Source: Octopus sinensis
Taxonomy: Eukaryota
NCBI RefSeq assembly: GCF_006345805.1
Contig: NC_042998.1
Span: forward strand, 12,710,001 to 12,774,000
Length of the DNA stretch: 64,000 nt
Direction of reading: 5' to 3'
A model generated the notes under the pieces. It was not told the DNA's origin and searched no databases. It saw only the letters and a program-made list of their open reading frames with translations. Positions 1 through 13,220 of this stretch are shown in pieces (positions within the stretch are counted from its first letter, which is position 1; each line of letters starts with the position of its first letter). The position numbers and the translations under genes were made by a program.

Positions 1-95
1 CAAAACAATGTACATGATAACACTTCCAATCAGTTAAGATCAGCAGCCATGAGAGCCACTGCCTGGTACTGCATCAGGACATGGAAATGTGTGAC

Positions 96-212
96 GCTTA
101 CAGCACCTAGGTTTCCCAAGCGGTCGCCCACATAAGTACTGACTAGTCTCGACGTTGCTTAACTTCGGTTACGGGACGAGAACCGGTGCTTTCAACTTGA
201 TAAGGCCGAAGA
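96..212 (-). pseudogene. 5S rRNA-derived sequence (pseudogene or head of a SINE3-like element)
   Basis: Reverse complement reads TTCGGCCTTATCAAGTTGAAAGCACCGGTTCTCGTCCCGTAACCGAAGTTAAGCAACGTCGAGACTAGTCAGTACTTATGTGGGCGACCGCTTGGGAAACCTAGGTGCTGTAAGC, colinear with invertebrate 5S rRNA over ~117 nt with scattered substitutions. No oligo-T terminator follows directly. Confidence 0.9.
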
Positions 213-245
213 TTATTATTACTATTATCATTATTATTATTATTT

Positions 246-408
246 AAGGTGGCGAGCTCGCAGAATTGTTAGCACGTTGGACAAGATCGACTTTGCTTTT
301 CCCCCTTTCAGGTTCGATAAATTAAGTACCAGTGAAAAACTGTGGGGGCGATGTATTCGATTTATCCCCTTCCCCCAAAATGGCTGCCCTTGTGGCAAAA
401 TTTGAAAC
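246..408 (+). mobile_element. Degenerate, internally deleted SINE family B copy
   Basis: AAGGTGGCGAGCTCGCAGAATTGTTAGCACG head and GACTTTGCTTT...GATAAATTAAGTACCAG core shared with copies at 42490-43090 and 44596-45012. Confidence 0.7.
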
Positions 409-409
409 C

Positions 410-415
410 ATTATT

Positions 416-490
<75 letters not shown>

Positions 491-510
491 GTTGTTGTTA
501 TTGTTATTAT
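410..510. repeat. Compound (ATC)n/(ATT)n/(GTT)n microsatellite
   Basis: Directly visible triplet runs; source of the poly-I/S/N/D ORFs. Confidence 0.95.
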
Positions 511-1123
511 TTCGTCCGTCATTATGTTCACCGAGTTTGGCTTTACCTTCTATCAACTAGAGTTGATATTATAGACTTATGTCTTGGCTTTGTAACTGTT
601 GCATTCTGGGATTGATGTAATCGAATAAACGCCTCCCTCAAATTTTAGGTTTTGTGCCTACGGTAGAAATGATTATTAAGCAATTAAAATTGTTCTGTGA
701 TTTTTTTTCAATGTAATATAGTAATAGAGAATTGGGTATAGATCTTAGAAGATTTAAACTTCATTTTCAAATTAAAAATACCTCGTAGATATAACTTCAA
801 TCATAAAAGAAAAGGTTGCTTTGAAGACAGGTACAGCAATCAATAATATTCATAAAATGCCACAAACAGATAATTTCCTATTTCTTGTCAATGTTGATTA
901 GGAATTAGAGATGTGGTAATAAAAAGACAAAACATATTTGGAATCAGCGCTTCAAATTTAGCCTGAATCAAATTCGGTTTTGAAAATGAAGTGCAAAATC
1001 ATTGGAGTCCAGCGAAATAAGTGCACATACATTTGTTCACGCGTGCATGTGCGCTTGCGTGTGCGCGTGAGTGTGTGTACGTATGTCATATATGTTCGTC
1101 TACAGATCTGTATTGAATCTCTT

Positions 1124-1213
1124 ACATTTTTGATACTGAAATAATACACGCAAATATATATGTGTGTACGTGTGAGTGTATGTGTTTCGGTATATACATA
1201 CATACATACATAC

Positions 1214-1261
<48 letters not shown>

Positions 1262-1345
1262 AATACATATGTATATGTGCACATTATATATATATATAAT
1301 ATATATATATAATATATATATATATTATATATATATATATATATA

Positions 1346-1376
<31 letters not shown>

Positions 1377-1738
1377 CTCATATATATATTATATATGTAT
1401 GTGTGTGTGTATAAATATATCAATCTATCTATCTGTATATCTATATGCATACACACATATGTATATATGTAGCGATATACATTTTTGATACTGAAATAAT
1501 ACACGCAAATATATATGTGTGTACGTGTGAGTGTATGTGTTTCGGTATATACATACATGCATACATACATACATACATACATATATATATATATAAATAC
1601 ATATGTATATGTGCACATTATATATATATATATATATATATACTCATATATATATTATATATGTATGTGTGTATAAATATATCAATCTATCTATCTGTAT
1701 ATCTATATGCATACACACATATGTATATATGTAGCGAT

Positions 1739-1742
<4 letters not shown>
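1124..1742. repeat. Tandem duplication embedded in (TA)n microsatellites
   Basis: ACATTTTTGATACTGAAATAATACACGC... at ~1124 and ~1479; ACTCATATAT...GTAGCGATATAC at ~1375-1480 and ~1642-1742. Confidence 0.85.
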
Positions 1743-1801
<59 letters not shown>

Positions 1802-2156
1802 TGTGTCTGTGTGTGTGTATACATACTTAATCAAAATATACCTTTAATCCGGAGTGTTCAAAGAGAATTGTCGCTTTTGTAACTTCTCTGGTTACATTAA
1901 ATTCGTACTTTCAAGTATAATCACCAAAGTAGTTACTTTGTGATACTCAACTTAATTAATTGTCAAATTAATTGGCAATTATTGTAGGTTTATAACTCAT
2001 ACAGTTGTTTCCTCTTTGATGTCTTTCAGTTTCATTAGTGAAATAATTATTCATACCCGGTATATACACATAATTCGACACACGCTTTAAATGCATATAG
2101 TTCTTACACTCATATATGTTTTCGTACACAAATTAGATCACCAACATTTATATACA

Positions 2157-3094
2157 TTTTGATCTAAAATTTCTGTGGCGTTTATAAGTTGCGTTCATGT
2201 ATGTGAGACTTTCATGTAGTTGTTTTCCTTCTGTATATAAAGAAATTTTATTTCTCTGTGAAGATAACCCGCAGTTACCTAATACTACATGTGCTTAGTT
2301 ATTTTTACGTATATATTAACGAGTGTACAGTGTTTCCATCTAACATAAATACAGTTATATATATGCATATAAATGAGGGTTTTAATCAAAAATATATCAT
2401 ATAGTGTAGTTTACACTATATGATATACAAAATATATATATTCTGATCTAAAATTTCTGTGGAGTTTGTAGGTTGCGTTCATGTATGTAAGACTTTCATG
2501 CGGTTGTTTTCCTTCTGTATATAAATAAACTAACAGTATCCCCCGGCGGTGCTCGCGTTTTGTTTCGACCCTTTAGAATTGTAAGTATGAAATGTAAAAC
2601 TTTTGCATTATGTAGCTTGTTATTCTCTTTAAGTGAACATTTTTCTGGTTGAAATACACTGACAGATGGCAACACAGCAGTCAAAAAATCGTAAAATATA
2701 GGGATTTTCATAGAAAAAAAAGCACTTTTTCTAGGTAAATAATTTTTGGTGTTAACAGGTCCGATTTGAATTTTGTCTTCTACGGAAGGAAGAGCAAGCC
2801 TTCTTCTATCATTCTTTCAATTTTGTTCAACTTGCGCTGCAGGGTCTCGGAGGAGATAGTGTTAGGTGAAGGCTACTAAACCTGCCATACACAGACAACT
2901 TCAGTTTTATATATAGAGAGATTTAATTTCTGTGTTAAGATAACCCTCAGTTACCTAATACTACATGTGCTTAGTTATTTTTACGTATATATTAACGAGT
3001 GTACATTGTTTCCATCTAACATAAATGCAGTAATATATATGCATATATATGAGGGTTTTAATCAAAAATATATCATATAATGTAGTTTACACTA
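2157..3094. repeat. Diverged ~260-bp tandem duplication, second copy interrupted by a Helitron
   Basis: GATCTAAAATTTCTGTGG...GTAGTTTACACTA at 2157-2417, and again at 2441-2529 plus 2922-3094. Confidence 0.9.
2530..2921 (-). mobile_element. Non-autonomous Helitron
   Basis: Minus strand starts A|TCTCTCTATATATAAAACTG and ends ...CGAGCACCGCCGGGGGATACTGTTAG|T, similar to the 3' end of the Helitrons at 24877 and 54408. Inserted between A and T with no TSD; the empty site is visible in the first duplicate copy. Confidence 0.85.
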
Positions 3095-3926
3095 CCATTA
3101 CACATGTTGTACGAACGGAAACACTGAAGCTCTGGTACAGCAATCGATGGTAATTTCATATATGTTCTAATCATATTTGAAATCAGAAAGAGAAGAATAA
3201 CTTTCCGAACAATTTACAATGTAAATAAATTACAATGAAGTGAATCCTCGTGAGAATGGTACAACGTATTTCTATGCACACTTGTCATTGGTATGAAGGC
3301 AAAATTGAAGGAAAATTGCAATAGTTATGTATTATAAACAAGTTGGTTCTTGAATCTGGTTTAGTGAAGATGAGATGCAGAACCATATAATGAACGAAGG
3401 TAAACATTCAGAGAATTCCAATGTAATATATATGCATGTATGCATATATAAATGTATGTGTGTTTAAATATAAACACACGAAGCAATATACATATGGATG
3501 ATACTATTATATGTACATATATGTATATATATATATAAGTTAAGCGTATGAATAATATGTGTGTCAATGTGTTCGTGTGTATGAGTATATATATATATAT
3601 AATATATATATATATAATATATATATATATAATAATATATATATATATTATATATATATATATATGCGCGTGTGTGTGTATTATATATATGTATGTGTAG
3701 ACACGCACACACATTCATATGTTTATATGTATGTATGTATGTCTACAACTGTGTGCGTATCTCTATGTGTACTCTATTCGCATATGTGTGCGCGCGCGTG
3801 TATATATATGTATATATATATATATGTATAATATATATGTATATATATATATATGTATATATATATATGTATAAATATATATGTATATATATATATATGT
3901 ATAAATATATATGTATATATATAAAA

Positions 3927-3995
<69 letters not shown>

Positions 3996-4788
3996 GATGG
4001 GAAAAACCGTGAATATATCAGGAATATTTAACATTGAGAGAATCGTACAAAACCCAGTCAGCATAATTTAATAGACATGAACACAACCGTACGCGCGCGT
4101 ACACAAACATACACACACGAGACGTATAGGAATTTGATGATCGCCTCATCTTATCGCATGATGGCAGTCTCACATTTACTAATAATGGGACACTTGTACG
4201 TCTTTGTGTTTAAATAACAACAGCTTATACAACGCTTCTCCCACTCTCTCGGTCGCCATAGTATGCCTATGCTCCACTGGCAAGCAATGCCAGACGACGG
4301 GGTCTATTTTTGATCACAGGTTTTATATCGTTACTTTTATAACGTTACAAGCGTGTATTTGTGTTCCTGTGTATGTTTCGACGTTTGTCTTTGCGTATGT
4401 GTTTCTGGGTGTATGTTGGTTTTCAAGTCTGCTCAAGAATGCAAATTAAATTTACATTAGGCTTAGTATTTCTAATATATTCACGGTGATGTGTCTCACT
4501 ATTATATATAATTTTGTAATCTACTGTATATTCTATGCGGAATAAGATGTTCATTTTCATTTTCATTTTCATGAATACGAAATTATGTCATATGCTTATG
4601 CGGAACATGGTAGTACAATTGACAACTTATACAAAGGTAATTTAATAGCTATATTACACACTGAATTATTGTTGATTCATTGATTTAAGAATGCATTAAC
4701 AGTTATAACCTATGTAAACTGGAAGTAGTTCGTAAGCAAAATTCTAGAATAATCAGACAGAAATATATTAGAAACGCATGCGTTCATA

Positions 4789-5007
4789 CGAGCGGTTGCT
4801 GAAAATTTCCTGGTTTTGGGTAAAAATAAAAGTTAAAATAGAGGAGGATCAGTCAATGATGATTTTAATCCACATTGTCACCTCTCAGAATTACTCAGTT
4901 ATTGCAGTGGTCCGTCACTTTTTCTAAGACCTGTAAAACGACTCGTAAGTTGGGGCTTCCAAATACGCGTATAACCGTAAAGCCAGGAACTTTTCAGCAC
5001 CCGCTCG
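4789..5007. mobile_element. mariner-type MITE
   Basis: Terminal inverted repeats TA-CGAGCGGTTGCTGAAAATTTCCTGG / CCAGGAACTTTTCAGCACCCGCTCG. Confidence 0.8.
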
Positions 5008-5041
5008 TTCGTACAAATATGCGTATCCTTTCTCTCACTTT

Positions 5042-5116
<75 letters not shown>

Positions 5117-5389
5117 CGAGAAGTTGAGTTTATAAGAGATAATGGTGTCATTGAGACCCAAAGGTCTTATTCAGGTAATGCTGAATAAGTGCTATAGACA
5201 GACCATAGTTAAGTTCCTTATTCGGTAATATTGCGAATAAAGGGCTCCACGTTGATTCTATGTCAGCGTGTGTATATAAGAATTTTTGCGGAATGAGATA
5301 AAAACCATTGCAGTATAGTTATTAGAGCATTTATAGATATATATAAATGCCCTAATATCTCATTACGCAAAAATTCATATACACACACA

Positions 5390-5450
<61 letters not shown>

Positions 5451-5511
5451 CCAAAATATCAATACGACGAAGTTGCATAGTATTACTTTTGATTCCACAT
5501 CATATAACACT

Positions 5512-5939
5512 CTCTTTACTCTTTTTTACTCTTTTACTTGTTTCAGTCATTTGACTGCGGTCATGTTGGGGCACCGCCTTTAGTCGAGCAAATCGACCCC
5601 GGGACTTATTCTTTGTAAGCCCAGTACTTATTCTATCGGTCTCTTTTGCCGAACCGCTAAGTGACGGGGACATAAACACACCAGCATCGGTTGTCAAGCA
5701 ATGCTAGGGGGACCAAACACAGACACACAAACATACACACACACATACATACATATATATATATATACATATATACGACATGCTTCTTTCAGTTTCCGTC
5801 TACCAAATCCACTCACAAGGCATTGGTCGTCCCGGGGCTATAGCAGAAGACACTTGCCCAAGATGCCACGCAGTGGGACTAAACCCGGAACCATGTGGTT
5901 GGTTAGCAAGATACTTACCACACAGCCACTCCTGCGCCT
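5512..5939 (-). mobile_element. tRNA-derived SINE family A, full length
   Basis: Reverse complement of AGGCGCAGGAGTGGCTGTGTGGTAAG...GGTTTAGTCCC head, central (TA)n/(TG)n tract and (GAGTAAAA)n-type tail; matches 45347-45751. Confidence 0.9.
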
Positions 5940-6438
5940 ACACGCTGAGTAGATAAACAAAAAAACTTTAAACAGTTACATCGAAAGATATAGAGTAAAG
6001 ACCATAAAGAAATTGCATCGGTATTATAGAAGGATTGCAATTACAACGGTTACTAATCGGTGCAACTGAAACATGTGTTGGTCAATGTAAACCTATATAT
6101 ATGTTAAAAGAATTGAAGCTAATGCTATGAAACTTATTGTTGATATTATATTCTCCATGAAGCCTATATGCTTATGCTAATATATTCAGAATTAGCCAAC
6201 GGAATATATCCCTAAATTCTTATCTTATAAGAACTTTAATGCATTTATATGTTAAATGTTGAATAACCTATTTTGAATATCTAATTGAGAGCGAACCGGC
6301 AATCGTTTTGGGGTAATCCCTTGCTATTTATACACAAACACCCACACATATGTAATTATATTTAAGGATATCACAGAGGTACCACCATGCTAGAAATAGC
6401 AGTCAAAACTGACTATAGAACCACATCGTGTATTCATA

Positions 6439-6570
6439 TATAAGCTCTAAAATTCACTGGCATATGGCGTAGTGGTTAAGAGCGCGGGCTACAAACCCCA
6501 AGATTCCGAGTTCGATTCCAGGCATTGACCTGAATAATAATAATGATAATAATAATAATAATAATAATGA

Positions 6571-6601
<31 letters not shown>

Positions 6602-6782
6602 AAGAAGAACATCGAACAATATCTTAGGAATGAGAACACAGGTTCGAAATTTCCTCAAGACACCTGATGAAGGCTGGAGGGCATATCAGCCGAAACTTTG
6701 TGTTAACAACAAATAAGATGACAAATATCCGTCAATTGTAAATAATGTACATAATTCCTCATCTCTTAAATTTAGAACTGTA
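6439..6782 (+). mobile_element. Element with internal tRNA-like promoter and minimal hammerhead ribozyme (family H1)
   Basis: A box TGGCGTAGTGG, B box GAGTTCGATTCC (6508-6519), (AAT)n/(AAG)n spacer, then hammerhead motif at 6659-6704; second copy at 15594-16188. Confidence 0.8.
6659..6704 (+). ncRNA. Minimal type I hammerhead ribozyme motif
   Basis: GACAC-CTGATGA-A-GGCTGG[loop]TCAGCC-GAAAC-TTT-GTGTT. Stem I GACAC/GTGTT, stem II GGCTG/CAGCC. The sister copy has GAAAC-GTT-GTGTT (16124-16136), restoring the ACGT palindromic stem III. Confidence 0.8.
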
Positions 6783-7043
6783 TTGATTACCAGTTTTTCA
6801 AGCACCTTGATAGTTTTCTGGAGTTCAAAAACCAAACCGCTGCTGATAGTGCGTTCAAAGAGTTCACCAGCTCTAGAACTCCAGATTTCTATGTTACAAG
6901 AATAAACAAACTTTTAAATGGTTGACAAAAATCTGTACATTGTAATGGTACTTAATTTGATGAATAAAACTTCCGCATTGTTGAAATATATTGTGATGAA
7001 TTTCATGTTTCAAAATGTAGCTTACTTTTGACTCAGACTGATA
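6783..7043 (+). mobile_element. mariner transposase C-terminal remnant and 3' end
   Basis: Degraded translation resembles the mariner C-terminus (HLDSFL...AFKEF..SRTPDFY..INKL..QKSV..NG..FDE), with stops and frameshifts. Confidence 0.65.
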
Positions 7044-7055
7044 TATAAAACATTA

Positions 7056-7536
7056 TTAATAATGATAAGGAGAACGAAGTCTTTGCATCCATAATTTTAT
7101 TTTAAAGTTATTTGCAGCATTGTATTTCGTTTTTGAAATTGGTTTGCATGATTCTTAATATGAGTTCGTGTGTTGAAGCATATTCTATTGTGTCTGGAGG
7201 GAGTAATTTTCTTTTTGTGCCTTATAATTTAAAACATTCACCAGTAAAATGTCCACTTGTTATTTTTTTTATCCTAAAATTTTCGTTGTGTCTTGCAACT
7301 TTTGCAATAGTCTTGATTTGTAAGCCCAGAAAATTATAATAGTCAAGACTATTGAAAAGGTTGCAAGACGCAACGAAAATTTTAAGAAAATAAAAATAAG
7401 GAATAAGTGGAAATTTTACCGGTGAATGTGTTAAATTATAATGCACAAATAGAAAATGACTCTCCCCAGACACAACATAATACAGCATTGTAAATAATTG
7501 TTAAATAAGTATCTCCGTTCTCCTTACCATTATTAA
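7056..7536. mobile_element. Foldback/MITE with long inverted arms
   Basis: Outer IR TTAATAATGATAAGGAGAACG / CGTTCTCCTTACCATTATTAA; inner ~130-bp imperfect arms at ~7188-7317 and ~7343-7476. Confidence 0.8.
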
Positions 7537-9360
7537 AACTATTACTTACTCTACGGAAAACATGCAGACCTGAATAGGACACTCGGGTTAACCCAACGAG
7601 AATAGTTACCCAAACCTAGGAACTTATTGCTAACTAGGGTATCAGCCGGCATCTGAAACCTATTTAAGAGGAGACACGGTAACCGCCAGGGAAACATATC
7701 CCTTTGAAATCATTGTTGGGGACACATACACACGCGCACAAACACACATACACCCACACCCATATATTTGTATATATGTGTATGTGTATGAATATGGACA
7801 TAATCACATGTATGCAAGAATATAGGAAATATAAATGAGCTTATTTATTCACATGTGTGATCCATTTGCATGTACGTATCCGAATGCAGATCCGTGTTAC
7901 ACAACTGTCAGTAAATATGGAGCGTTTTACGACTGTATATAAAAATGCAAGAAATTATATAAAGTCGTATTGCCATTTGAACATCATTTACTCATGTTCA
8001 TATTATATTTCACATACAGTAGTTAGGGAGTTAATATCTAATATCAGAATAATATTCAGGCAGAGATACGCTTTTTCACACATTCTAACTCATATACATA
8101 TCACCAAATACACACAAAACACATACACAGGCACAAATATGTATATATATATATTATATATATATATATATATGCATGTATGTATTATGTATTTTTCTAC
8201 CTACCTACCTACCTACCCATCTCTCTCTCTCTATCTATCTTTATATCTATATATTTATGCAATTTTGCTAAGGGCCATACTGGAAAACCTCGACTATTTA
8301 ATCACTTTCATGATTAATAAATAAACTTATACGCTCTTCCTTTGAGTTCTATTTCTCCGTTTCTTTTTGCTATCGAAAAACTATGCGTGAGTTAGTGTGT
8401 CTGTGTGTATGCATGTGAGTGTATGCGAATGTGTATGAGTTTGTGTCTGTGTGTTTTTGTATAAAAATCCTGTATTATAGCTATATTTTTCGAAGATTAT
8501 AATATTTGCCTTTATGAGCGAAAACATGGATGATCAATATCATAATTCGTTTCAGGAAGAAAATAAAATTATTCAGTGAATTATATGTAGGCTGACCTGT
8601 GGGTTTAAAATTGTTCATGAATCTTCTGAAGTAAGTTACATATTGAAAGGAATTTCTCGTAGCTAATCATATATATTTATGTTAAAATGAAGTAAAGATA
8701 CCCATAAATTTAATCCATTATTTTACATATTTGCTTCATTCGTTTCTGTTTGTTTTATAAAATTTCCTTTTTATTGCATTATATTTTTATCAGTTACCAA
8801 ATTTCATCCGAGAGAAATATCGGCTACACAACTGCGTAAATTTATTTAATAAGCAATGCAGATGATATTTATTAAGAAAATGCAAAATAAGAGAAAATAC
8901 AAAATATAAAACAAAAAATAAATAAATACGAATTAAACATGCAGTAAAAAAGTGCTGGTGAAAAAAATGCGATAAAAGTTAAATAAACCGCCCCAAAAAT
9001 AACAGAAAAAAATTAGGAAAAATTGAGATGTGCAATGATAACCCCTGTTCAGTTTCTGAAGATGAAATTTGAGAATCATTGATAAAATTATTTCTACGAC
9101 ATTGGCGCCGTTCTAACTATATTATAATGGCTAGCATATGCTGTCTTTCCATTGCAGTTATGGTAACACTATTATAGAGTTACTATAAATATCGGCTGGC
9201 TCAGGGAATATAACATTAGTTGCTAAGATAAAAGAATGATAATAATAATTATTATGGTGAAATTAATGTGGATATTAATATTGAAAGTGATCCGTTTGAA
9301 ATATTACATCGCGCTGTGTATAAATGGATTGCGAATAATCCACGGCTTGATATTAACACA

Positions 9361-9418
<58 letters not shown>

Positions 9419-10736
9419 AAATCAATTTAAAATCGATAGAAGTAGTGAAAATGGGAGACATATAGAAATTTGGGGAGGAGTGAAGAATATTCAGGAGATC
9501 AAAAAGAAAGTGATTCGACTTAATATGTTCAACAGGTAAATATCATGGACTCATTATCAGCCTCGTATCTCTACCTCAAACGTTGGAGAAAATGAACAAC
9601 TGACAATTACTAAGAAGTGAAAGTTTGCGGAAATTTTATTGAAATGTTTAATGGGCATTTGGAAATTCCTGACAAAATATATGGTATTCTAAATATATGG
9701 CGTACTAAAATATCATAAAATTTGAAACCTTTACCAAGTGGAAACATCACCCGAGTATCCAAGAAAGACTCGGCAAACGCAAACGCATTTTATTTCAATC
9801 TGTGTTCCTATATGAGTGAAGTGTCTGTTAAAAATGCGATAATAGAAATATGTGGAGAGCGATTAATGCAAAACTTACTGCGAATGCTCATCGTTATAAA
9901 TTGCTTACATGGCATCGCTCCGAAATAATCATAATGAAATCATAATTATGTGGCATGTTTATAAATCGCTGCAGCCGAATAATCTACTCTAAGACAAACA
10001 CACACAGACACATACACACACATACACAGAGACACATACACACACAAATGCACACGGACACACACATGTACACTCACAAACAGAAGCACACGCATATACA
10101 CAACATATATTCCCTCACTAACACTTACAGAGAAAGAATGGTGTTACTACGAAGGAAAAAGATGAATGTGGAAAAACACAGGGATGATAAATTGCCATTA
10201 TATAGCGTGGATCTGCTGACAACCAAATTTATCTGAAAACTCCTGAATTGCTACGATGGCTCCTGGCATTAACTCAGCTTCCTTCGAAAGGACCATAGCT
10301 GACACTGCTCCACCTTACTTTCTAATATCAATAAATCATCACTTATTTTCTCCGTTTAGCACCTTCACTTCTTTCTAGCGTCATTCTTTCCGCCGTCTTT
10401 TTTCATTCTAATGTCTGATTTCTTCAGTCTATCATCGACTCATTGACATTTAAATGTAAAATAATCTACCAAACTTTTTGACACACAACCATTAATTCGT
10501 TTCTTTGTAAACAATACATGAGTGTTCAAAAAAAAAAACCAAAAAACAATAAAAGATAAAAGAGGACTTGACGTATGAATATACCGTGAGGTAATTCTTT
10601 AAAGTTTTAATGACTGAAAAAAAGCATTTAAAAACCCAATTGGCTGCCCAGATAAAGCCAATATTATCGATAAATTCTAATATATCCAACTTTAGTAAAT
10701 ATTTTGCTGATTACTATACTAGATTACACACACACG

Positions 10737-10859
<123 letters not shown>

Positions 10860-10900
10860 ATATATATATTTATATTTATGTATATATGTATATATATTGA

Positions 10901-11224
10901 GACCCTCTTCGGTCGTGATTGACCATGGGGTTGCACTTAGAAAGTTACCCTCTCAGGCACAAGACCGGGCAAGGTTGTTTATGGAAGACCAGCAGTCACC
11001 CATGCATATCGGCCTCCCCTCTCCACGCCACCAGCGTTATCCAAGGGAAAGGCAACACTGATACAGCTTGCCACCTGTGACGTCGCAACTTATTTCTACA
11101 GCTGAGTGAACTGGAGCAACGTGAAATAAAGTGTCTTGCTCAAGAACACAACACGCAGCCCGGTCCCAGATTCGAACTCACAACCTCACGATCGTAGGCT
11201 CGACGCTCTAACCACTGAGACATG
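10901..11224 (-). mobile_element. tRNA-derived SINE family C
   Basis: Minus-strand head CATGTCTCAGTGGTTAGAGCGTCGAGCCTACGATCGTGAGGTTGTGAGTTCGAATC with A/B boxes; matches 36569-36846. Confidence 0.85.
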
Positions 11225-11589
11225 TGTGTGGGGGGTGTGTGTGTGCGTGTGTGTGTGTGTGTGTGTACATATGAGGTGACAGAGGTGGAAAGCACATTGT
11301 TTTTAGTGATGAATTTATGCTTAATAAGTGAAAAACTCTTATACATGGAATTTTCTAGATTTATGGAATTTTAAAACTCCTATTTTCATTTCCATAAACA
11401 CATCTGCGTCATTTCTAGTGCGAGTTACATAAGAAAAGTTTGGAAATTCAGCGAATCTTTAACCTCCATCAACATTCAGCTCATTTGGAATTGATTACTT
11501 CATTGTTACAAGTACTATTAGGGAATATCTGATTGGAACTAAAAAAAAAAAAAGACACTGTTCATCATGACTTTTTAACGATAATCCTT

Positions 11590-12080
11590 TACTTGTTTCA
11601 TTCATTGGACTGCGGCTATGATGGGTTTAGTCGGAAATATTTAGCCCAGGACTTGCTTCGTTTAAGGTCTGATACTTATATCTCCGTTCTTTTGCCGAAC
11701 GACTAACCAGCACCGGTTGCCAAGTGGAGATATATACAGGGTGGCCCAAAAGTAGGTTTGCAGTAATTCAACTATCCATTTCGTATTCCTATATTAACAG
11801 TTTATATCTTAATTACAAAAAATATGAAACCATTATTTTATGCTAATTAAGTTAATTGTAAGATAGAAATTAAAATATGATAAATTATTTTAAAAGAAAT
11901 TTAAAAGAAAGTGCCTATACGATAATTGTAAACCCACTTTCGGGCAACCCTGTATATCAATCATATTCACAAAGCTTTAGTCAGCTCGAGGTTGATAATA
12001 GAAGATACTTCTTGAAGGCGATGTATCATGGGACTGAATCTAAGGTCTGATGTTTGAGAAGTAAACCTCTTACCCGCACC
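11590..12080 (-). mobile_element. Old, degenerate SINE family A copy interrupted by a MITE
   Basis: TACTTGTTTCA...GACTGCGGC...TTTTGCCGAAC to the left and CACAAAGCTTT...GGGACTGAA to the right of the MITE. Confidence 0.65.
11737..11952. mobile_element. Tc1/mariner-type MITE
   Basis: TA|CAGGGTGGCCCAAAAGTAGGTTT ... AAACCCACTTTCGGGCAACCCTG|TA: imperfect TIRs and TA target duplication. Confidence 0.85.
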
Positions 12081-12124
12081 CCTAGACGTCAGCAAATTAA
12101 TCGTAAAGTTAAAACAATCCTATA

Positions 12125-12525
12125 CTTTTACTCTTTTACTCGTTTCAGTCATTTGACTGCGGCCATGCTGGAGCACCGCCTTTAGTCAAGCAAATCGACC
12201 CCAGGACTTATACTTTGTAAGCTTAGTACTAATTATATCGGTCTCTTTTGCCGAACCGCTATGTTACGGGGACGTAAACAAACCAGTATCGGTTGTCAAG
12301 CGATGTTGGGGGGACAAAGAAAGACATAAACACACACACACACATATATGTATACATATATATGACGGGCTTCTTTCAATTTCCATCTACCAAATCCACT
12401 CACAAGGCTTTGGCCGTCGCGAGGTTGTAGTAGAAAACACTTGCCCAAGGTGCCACGCGGTGGGACTGAACCCAGAACAATATTGTTCGTAAGCAAGCTG
12501 CATACCAACAGCCACTTCTGCGCCT
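12125..12525 (-). mobile_element. tRNA-derived SINE family A, full length
   Basis: Colinear with 5512-5939. Confidence 0.9.
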
Positions 12526-12976
12526 ATACAGAAATTATAGATTAATTTGAAAGGTGGTGTCTATATTGGATAATATACATGTATTAAGTAATAGAATATA
12601 GAACTATGATACGCACATACACACACTGAGTGCTTGGGTACACGTTACGCACATAATCAGGTAAATAGTTACAGAATAATTATACAGTGTATCTAACATA
12701 ACAGATAACACATCTTTCGAAATCCTAATTCTTATAAAGCTGTGACGTTTATGCTAGTATATTCTACAAGAATTTATTGAAATGCTTCGAACATTCAAAT
12801 AATTGAAATTCACGAAACTTTTCATGTTCAGTTATTCTTTTCATCTTCCTTGAAACTATTTCTTTATAATACAAAATGTATACGTTGCATTTTCAGAGGG
12901 ATATATTTTGTAAAATTATAAAGAACATTATGAAAAGTTTACGCGTAATCACAATGGAAAGTTTCTGATATATATA

Positions 12977-13052
<76 letters not shown>

Positions 13053-13177
13053 TATATATATGTGTGTGTGTGTATACATACGTATATATATATATATATA
13101 TACATATATATACATATACATACATATTTAAATGGAAAGCCTACTATTAATAATACATATAAATACATATATATATA

Positions 13178-13220
<43 letters not shown>

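Noticed and set aside
6459-6525. Functional tRNA gene
   Set aside because: A/B boxes are present, but the acceptor stem does not close and the sequence is part of a repeated element; the same holds for the SINE heads.
9236-9720. Protein-like ORF MDINIESDPFEILHRAVYKW...
   Set aside because: Short, interrupted by an (AGT)n repeat and stops, with no recognisable family or splice support.
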